The notes below the pieces were generated by a model. That model saw nothing but the letters and a program-made list of their open reading frames with translations. It was not told the DNA's origin and ran no database searches. Both the position numbers and the translations under genes were made by a program. Of a stretch of DNA of 64,000 nucleotides, positions 55,825 through 64,000 are shown in pieces (the first letter of the stretch is position 1; each line of letters starts with the position of its first letter). The DNA is from Octopus vulgaris (Eukaryota), in NCBI GenBank assembly GCA_951406725.2, contig OX597840.1, positions 29,264,001-29,328,000 on the forward strand, read 5' to 3'.

Positions 55825-56139
55825 TATATAAATATTTTTACATTATAAGAGTGTATAAAAATTTATACATGGAGAGGCGACCACCATAAAAAAAGCATTC
55901 TGGGTTGGAAACATTCTTATTTATGGCACATTGCTTTGGGATTTGACTGCCCTCTTTAGCATGTAAGAAGTCCACATGGTGGTCTTCTCACTGTGTATAA
56001 ATATTTATACAGTCTTATATTATAAAATTATTTATGTCTACTGACTTTTATTACACATGCTAACCACACGTATAAATTGTTATTTTAATAATTTTTACCC
56101 TTGTATTTATATATATACTTACCCAAGGAAAAAGCAAAG

Positions 56140-56310
56140 GAGCCGATACAACTTGGCACCTGTGACGTCGTAACTCATTTCTACAGCTGAGTAAACTGGA
56201 ACATCGTGAAATAAAGTGTCTTGCTCAAGAACACAACATGCAACCTGGTCTGGGGTTCGAACTCATAACCTCATGATCGTCAGTTCGATGCTCTAACCAC
56301 TGAGCCATGT
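56140..56310 (-). mobile_element. tRNA-derived SINE family 3 (V-domain-like)
   Basis: Minus strand: catggctcagtggttagagc (A box), gagttcgaacc (B box), gtgttcttgagcaagacactt. Confidence 0.75.
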
Positions 56311-56405
56311 TTATACATAGATATATGTACATATAAATACACACACATATATATATATATATATATGCGTGTGTGTGTGTGTGTATGTATATATGTATGT
56401 AACAA

Positions 56406-56636
56406 GGTGGCGAGCTGGCAGAAACGTTAGTGCGCCGGGCGAAATGCTTAGCGGTATTTCATCTGTCTTTACATTCTGAGTTCAAATTCCGCCGAGGTCG
56501 ACTTTGCCTTTCATCCTTTCGGGGTCAATAAGTTAAGTACCAGTTTCGCACTGGGGTCGATGTAATCGACTTAATCCCTTTGTCTGTCCTTGTTTGTCCC
56601 CTCTATGCTTAGCCCCTTGTGGGTAGTAAAGAAATA
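56406..56636 (+). mobile_element. SINE family 2, full length
   Basis: Family homology. Confidence 0.92.
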
Positions 56637-57601
56637 CATATATATGTATGTATGTATATATATATATATATACACACATACATACACGCACAAACACACA
56701 TATACTCCTATCTGTTCCTGTCTTTTGCTTTCCCTCTGTGCATTTATTATATATTTTTTAACTTATAACATATATAGATATATATATATGTTTAACCAGT
56801 TAACCCATCGCCAGACTGTGCTACAGCTGAGTCCATCTTGGCTTTGTACAGAAAATTTTAACTTAACAAAGACTTAATCTCACTAAACATTTATACATTC
56901 TTCAAACCTCACCAACAGAAGTAATCAGTAAAATTTATTATTAATATATCATATAAAGAGAATTACTTTAAAAGCAACACTAAACAATGGAGAATTATTA
57001 TCAGGTATAGTTACTATCTAATTCTTTTAAATCTAATAAGCCTTCTATCTTGCACTTGCTTAAAACTTCACCAAATGCCTGTGGCAGTGAACAGCGAAAT
57101 AAATTTTTAAGAAGTCCGACCACTTTGATATAAAGTTTTAAAAGCTGTATTCATCATGATAGCTATTTTCAAGATGCTTATGTATATATATATATATATA
57201 TATGATATGCACACACACACATATTTATATATACACACACACAACATATATATATATGTACATATATGTGCGTCTATATATATGTATGGATATATATACA
57301 TATATATATATATACATATATACATATATGTGAGGGTTTATGTTTGTGTATGTGCATATATATATATATATATATACACATACATACCTACATATGAGTA
57401 GAGATATAAATATACATATACATACATATGTATTCTTGTGTGTGTATCTGTGTGTGCACATATATGTATATATGTATCTATCTATCTATCTATATCTCTA
57501 TCTATCTATATATATACACACACACACACACACATATGCATATGTCTATTATATAATGTATATGTCTATATATATATACATACATACATACATACACACA
57601 A

Positions 57602-57724
<123 letters not shown>

Positions 57725-58264
57725 CATATATATGCATCTATGAATATGTGTGTGTGTGTTTGTGTATGTGTGTGTATATTGATATCTCTGTGTGTGCACA
57801 TACGTGTGTGTGTACGTGTAACTTTAACAGTCTTAGACTACACTTCAGTGTAATTCAATGTGTTTGGAATTTCACCAAATTGAATATTAGATTCTTTCTG
57901 AAATGTCTTTTAATCCAGTTTGGTTTTCATTCAAAGGAAATCAGATTTTCTTGTAAAATTCTAATCAGTCTAAGATAATTCCTGGCCATTAGTCGTTAAT
58001 AGTATTTCGTCTTTTTTCATTTATTTTAAATATTAGATTAACATTTTTCGTTGCGAGAGAAGTAAGTAATAGGTTAATAGTCTTATTTGTTGCTGCTACT
58101 GTTGTTCTTGTATAACCCCAGGTCATCTTGGATAGGATGAGTCTATTGTTAATTTTATCGTAAATTTTTTTTTTCCGCTTTTTCAGTCATTAGTCTGCGG
58201 TTATAAGTAACTGATTCTTCTACATTTTTTTACCCAAAGCCTGGAATTTTCAACCCTCCTTCAT

Positions 58265-58296
<32 letters not shown>

Positions 58297-58581
58297 ACAC
58301 ACACACACAGCAATAAGAAAATCGAGGGGATCAATAGGTGGTTCATCAACTTTTAGACATTATATTATGTTAACTTATTTATAACTGATTATTGTGTATG
58401 CTTATAAATGCAAATATGTATGTACATTTCAGTATATATATAAGTATGTATGTATATGTACATCTATATATATAAGTATTTAAATGTGTGTGTATTTTTA
58501 TTTATTTTATTTTATTTTATTTTATTTCATTTTATATTTATTTATAACTTAACATTATGTACTTTATAATCTCTGATGAAG

Positions 58582-58622
<41 letters not shown>

Positions 58623-58837
58623 GTCTACTTCACTTCTTTTATTATTATTATTAGACAATGCATTGAGCTAGCAGAATTGTTAGTATGCTGGGCAAAATGT
58701 TTAGTACCATTTCATCCATGTATACACACACACATACACACATGCTTATAAGATAACGATATAATCATAAAATGATTATATCAGTAGCCTAGCACTTAAA
58801 AATGACTATATAGGTAACATTAATTTTTTTTATGTAT

Positions 58838-59266
58838 ATAGTTAAGGGCTATTGGAAATGACCAGAGCCAATGCTAGAAATAGGTGTCAAATACCTACAA
58901 TCCACTCTATAATTTGTTCTCTATATAGAGATTTACACAGGAAATGTATGTATACATTGGTATCTGTGAGTGAATTTCCCAGTGAGTATGTTATTTCCCA
59001 TTTATATATTAATGGTTTATTCTGCTGAAGATTGAAAAGCAATTTTTTGCAGAGCATGAAATTTGACGTATAGGATTAACCAATATTTTTGGATTTTCTT
59101 GCTTATTCCCTTGTGTTTGTACCTCATCATCATCATCATCATCGTTTAACATCCTTTTTCCGTGCTAGCACAGGTTGGATATAGAGAACACTGTAGAGTG
59201 GATTGTAGGTATTTGACACCTATTTCTAGCATTGGTGCTGGTCATTTCTACTAGCCCTTAACTATA
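58838..59266. mobile_element. Inverted-repeat module (~88-bp arms) enclosing a hammerhead-like core
   Basis: gttaagggcta...ttgttctctat and atagagaaca...tagcccttaac; core uucug CUGAAGA...GAAA..GUA uagga at 59020-59075. Confidence 0.7.
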
Positions 59267-59283
59267 ATTATATCTTTATAAAT

Positions 59284-59324
<41 letters not shown>

Positions 59325-59867
59325 GTTATATATGAAATAATCTGTACGTCAAAGTCAACTTCGGCAAAATTTGAACTCAAAAACATAATGACAGATGAAC
59401 TACAGTCAGGCATTTCGCCCAACACACTAATGTTTCTGCAACCAATATAATTGTTATATATATATATATGTAAAAAAATACAAACTGGAACAAGAACGCA
59501 AAACATTTAGAAGACGATACAAAAAACACGGACGGGACATTTGAAGCCTTCAATCTTCAGTCAAGAACCGGATCATCCTCGCAATTTCAGCTGATTAATC
59601 TTGAGATTTCTCTGATCTGGCCAGCCCCAAAGGAAAATCTTAGCCAAGCACATTAGATTCCTTGGAAGAAAGCCTCGAATGTATATTAAACAAGGATGGA
59701 AAAACAGACGATGTTACACAAAAAAGAATACGAAAATAGGTAAAAACAATAATGATAGTAATAATAACAAAAACAGGACGTTACAGACAGACGTCTTTCG
59801 ACAGGACGAGTGAACTTTGAGCTGGCGCATTAGAAAAATGCCTTAGGGCAGAGAGAGAAAAAAATGT

Positions 59868-60130
59868 ATATATAATTGTTAAAGAGGGCAACAAACGTTA
59901 AGGCAAGGCAAACATCTCAAGTCATATACAATATTATTATAGGAAGATGTTCAAAGTGTTACAGCTGTTTCTAGGATATCCTAGAGTATGGGATATTCCA
60001 TCATCAGAGACAAATAGAGAAAATGAGAAGAAACAGCAGTATGACTGGACTTTTACCAATAATAATAATGTGTATGACTTGAAATGCTTGCTTCGCCTTA
60101 ACATTTGTTGTCCTCTTTAACAATTATATA
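59868..60130. mobile_element. Inverted-repeat module (~58-bp arms) enclosing a minus-strand hammerhead
   Basis: tataattgttaaagagg...aagtcatataca and tgtatgactt...ctttaacaattata; hammerhead at 59957-60012. Confidence 0.72.
59957..60012 (-). ncRNA. Type I hammerhead ribozyme
   Basis: Minus strand: ugucu CUGAUGA uggaauaucc-loop-ggauauccua GAAAC agcu GUA aca. Intact core, ~10-bp stem II, palindromic ACAGCUGU stem III, imperfect stem I. Confidence 0.72.
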
Positions 60131-60297
60131 TCTGCTATATCAGAAATTTGTAATGGTCCATAACTACTATCTTGGGTACAACCTTGGAGCCCTAGAAATC
60201 CATTACAGAACATCCTTAGCATACCTAATCATTTAGATCATCTGTGAACTGACCCCCCCATACTTTGTGTGTGCGTGTGTATATATATATATATATA

Positions 60298-60700
60298 AAG
60301 TTAATCCAAACAAGAAAGCACAAAAAAACACAACAACGCGAGGACGTGGAACAAATATAGTATTATTGGACGCTCAGGAAAGAAGGAAAGAAGGAGGGTT
60401 TAGCGTTTCGAGCGGAGTTCTTCGTCGGAAACATAGGAGAAGGAAAGATCAAGAGAAGGGAAGACAGAGGGAAAAAAATCGCCAACGGTACACACAAGGT
60501 CACATTTTGAAAAAAAAATATATATATAGTTAATCCAAACATGAGCAAGCAAGAAAAAACAACAATGCAAGGATGTGGAATAAGTACAGTGTTATTGGAC
60601 GCTCAGGAAAGGAAAGAAAAGAAAGAGGATTTTACGTTTTGAGTGGAGCGCTTCATCAGAAAGATGGAGAAAGAAAATCGCCAATGATACACACATGGTC
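60298..60700 (-). mobile_element. Tandem dimer of a ~230-bp pLTR/retrozyme-like module, each unit with a mutated hammerhead
   Basis: Two head-to-tail units starting agttaatccaaac; cores near 60400-60432 and 60630-60662. Confidence 0.65.
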
Positions 60701-61400
60701 GTGGATGCTGAAAAGTTCCTGGCTTTAAGGGTATTGCAAAAAGCCAGGCTGGAAGCCTAACCTTTCGAGTTCTTTTACTGGACTTAGAAAAGGTGAAGGA
60801 CCGCTGCAATAAGTGTGTGAATCCAAGAGGGGATTATCATCATCATCATCGTTTAACGTCCGTCTTCCACGCTAGCATGGGTTGGATGGTTCGACGGGGT
60901 CTGGGAAGCTAGGGGCTGCACCAGGCTCCAGTCTGATCTGGTAGTGTTTCTACAGCTGGATGCCCTTTCTAACTCCAACCACTCCGAGAGTGTAGTGGGT
61001 GCTTTTTACGTGCCACCGGCACAGGTGACAGAGGAGTCTGGCATCGGCCACGATCGGTTGGTGCTTTTAACGTGCCACTGGCACGGAAGCCAGCCAAGGC
61101 GGCGCTGGCATCGGCCACTTTCGGATGGTGCTTTTTAGGTGCCACCGGCACAGAAGCCAGTCAAGGCGGCGCTGGCATCGGCCACGTTCGGATGGTGCTT
61201 TTTATGTGCTACCGGCACAGAAGCCAGTCGAGGCGGCGCTGGCAACGGCCAAGTTTGGATGGTGCTTTTTATGTGCTACCGGCACAGAAGCCAGTTGAGG
61301 CGGCGCTGGCAACGGCCAAGTTTGGATGGTGCTTTTTATGTGCTACCGGCATGTTGAATAAAATCATAATTAACTGATCCTCCTGTATTTTCTTTTATCT
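60700..61400 (+). mobile_element. Mariner-derived relic interrupted by an RTE 3' fragment (60838-61351, minus)
   Basis: gctgaaaagttcc TIR-like start; transposase C-terminus KCV...GDY|VE* is split by the RTE fragment, which has ~5-6 copies of a 60-bp repeat. Confidence 0.7.
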
Positions 61401-62123
61401 TCATATATGAAGAAAACACAACAATTAAAGAGTTAAGAGTTAAAGCTCTCCAACCATGGCCATTTTACTATATATTCTGACCGTGAATACGTGATTTAAT
61501 GTAGATTATTGGAGGAAATACAGATTACGTTGTAAAGCTGTTTGTTGCAACACACCTCATTATGAAGACCAACATTTGCTTTTTCTTCATTGATTTGAAA
61601 TGCTTTTCTTATAAAACGAACAATAAAGAATAAGAATTAATTTAATTAAAACTTTGGAACTGATAACAGTTACAAAAGACTAATCATATGCCATTGAAGT
61701 GCAACATTTTTGTACTGATATCTGAAGGTGTAAAAACCATACGACATGGTTAACAGCTAGAATAATTAACCCTTTTCACTGACATATTCCTGTTCAAATA
61801 CACTCTCTTTGATTTAATTATTTTTGAAAATAAAGAAGAAATTATTAAGATAACTTTATTAATATTAAGCTAGTATTTGCATCATAAATTAACATAGCAA
61901 TGTTATACAATGGGAGATTTTAATTTAAACCATTTTGTTTGTGTCACAGAACCAGGAAAGATCTCAGATGAGTTGATAATAAAAAAATTAAGGGTTCATA
62001 TTTTTTTTTTTTATATTTCTGTTGAAATATACTGACTTTATTTCAATTAATTTAGAAAATGACGAAGAATTCAACAAAATAATTTTGTCCTTATTAAGCT
62101 GGTGTTTGGAATATAAATTAATA

Positions 62124-62540
62124 CAGGAGGAGTGGCTGTGTGGTAAGTAGCTTGCTAACCAACCACATGGTTCTGGATTCAGTCCCACTGCGTGGCATCT
62201 TGGGCAAGTGTCTTCTGCTATGGCCCCGGGCCGACCAATGCCTTGTGAGTGGATTTGGTAGACGGAAACTGAAAGAAGCCTGTCGTATATATGTATATAT
62301 ATATATATATATGTGTGTGTGTTTGTGTGTCTGTGTTTGTCCCCCTAGTATTGCTTAACAACCGAAGCTGGTGTGTTTACGTCCCCGACACTTAGCAGTT
62401 CGGCAAAAGAGACCGATAGAATAAGTACTGGGCTTACAAAGAATAAGTCCCGGGGTCGATTTGCTCGACTAAAGGCGGTGCTCCAGCATGGCCGCAGTCA
62501 AATGACTGAAACAAGTAAAAGAGTAAAAGAGTAAAAGAGT
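62124..62540 (+). mobile_element. SINE family 1
   Basis: Head to (aagagta)n tail. Confidence 0.92.
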
Positions 62541-62831
62541 ATGAAATTTTGACGGAAGGTTTTAATTTAAACCACTTCAAAATATAAAGTTTGTATTTAA
62601 GGATCAGAGGCAGATTCAGGTGGGTTGTTTCAAGATGGTTAAACAGAGAAAGTTGTATAAGGTTAAGATTTACCCCAAAATTGTTATTTTCATGAAGCAG
62701 GAATTTTTTTCTGCTCATTTATTATTAGAGGAATTCAGGACAAAGAAACTGCAAACTGGTCCCTTTAAATGAACAGACTGTTCCTACCATATTCTTGGTG
62801 AAATAAACTGCCTTTTGATTTTGAAAATAAT

Positions 62832-63047
62832 ACTCTTTTACTCTTTACTCTTTTACTTGTTTCAGTCATTTGACTGTGGCCATGCTGGAGCACCGCCTTT
62901 AGTCGAGCAAATCGACCCCGGGACTTATTCTTTTGTAAGCCCAGTACTTATTCTATCGGTCTCTTTTGCCGAACTGCTAAGTGATGGGGACATAAACACA
63001 CCAGCATCGGTTGTCAAGCAATGTTGGGGGGGACAAACACAGACACA

Positions 63048-63091
<44 letters not shown>

Positions 63092-63139
63092 AACGGCGGT
63101 GCATCAGCATGGCCGCAGCTCTGAGCTTAGACTAGAAAA

Positions 63140-63204
<65 letters not shown>

Positions 63205-63353
63205 TACGACGGGCTTCTTTCAGTTTCCATCTACCAAATCCACTCACAAGGCTTTGGTCAGCCCGAGGCTATAGCAGAAGACACTTGCCCAAGGTGCCAC
63301 ACAGTGGGACTGAACCCGGAACCATGTGGTTCGTAAGCAAGCTACTTACCACA
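62832..63353 (-). mobile_element. SINE family 1 with a small internal insert
   Basis: Family homology. Confidence 0.9.
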
Positions 63354-64000
63354 TAATGGAGAATTTACAAAAATAATTTTATCATTGTTAAGCTGGTGTT
63401 TTAAATTGATCTAAAGTGAGAATTTCAAATTTGATCTCTTTAAAGCAGAAAGTTTGTATCGTAGCTCTAGGGGTGGTCTTGAGCAGGCTGGTACCAAAAC
63501 CATTAACATTTTTGTTAGCTCACTTATTAAGATACTTTCTTCAGATTTTTCTATAAAAATTGTTGCCAGCACCGATTTTGTTATAATATTTTGTATCCAA
63601 GATGCCAGATGTAAACAACAATGAGATCAAAGATGAAAAACTGGTAAAGAGTGTGTATGTCATGTTTCAACACGACATCCAACCCATTAATACTCCACAA
63701 ACTTGGTACTTAAATAGCCATTAAATATAGCGGTGTAACATTATTGCCACTAAATTCCTGTTGGAATACATTACTTTAGTTTTAATCAATTTTGAAAATA
63801 ATGGATGAATTGATGAAACTAATTTTATCATGGGAATGGATTAAACAGAGCAGGGGGAGACACATGGATGGAAAGGGTCACTGAAGAGGTCACAGATGTG
63901 TGACAAAAGATTTCCAGACAATGGACATAAGATAAAATAAGAACAGTAATAAATGAATGAAGAACGAATGTACAGTGTGTGTTTATTTGGGGTGGGGGAG

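Noticed and set aside
61766-63840. piggyBac-like TTAACCC MITE fragments (also ~2400-3260)
   Set aside because: Repeat-like with ttaaccc/gggttaa ends, but too decayed and interrupted to define boundaries by eye

Overview
AT-rich eukaryotic DNA, very dense in microsatellites and transposons. The SINE/RTE repeat landscape suggests a cephalopod, probably Octopus (inference). No host protein-coding gene can be recognised; nearly all ORFs in the track are translated (TA)n, (TG)n, (CAT)n, (AAT)n or (GGT)n repeats. Recognisable content: two 5'-truncated RTE-clade LINEs (one with an uninterrupted ORF and a PHD-like finger), many short 3' fragments of that LINE, a decayed Penelope-like element (RT plus GIY-YIG), the 3' end of a restriction-like-endonuclease (RLE) non-LTR element, two Gypsy RT relics, four Tc1/mariner relics, a Helitron helicase relic plus three non-autonomous Helitrons, three tRNA-derived SINE families, and a 5.2-kb satellite of ~175-bp units with higher-order structure. 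The most notable hidden signal is about ten type I hammerhead-ribozyme-like cores, mostly degenerate. They lie in short inverted-repeat or tandem modules, often beside (TA)n, consistent with Penelope pseudo-LTR (pLTR) or retrozyme-type elements. A few possible host exons are flagged at low confidence. All coordinates and alignments were read by eye.
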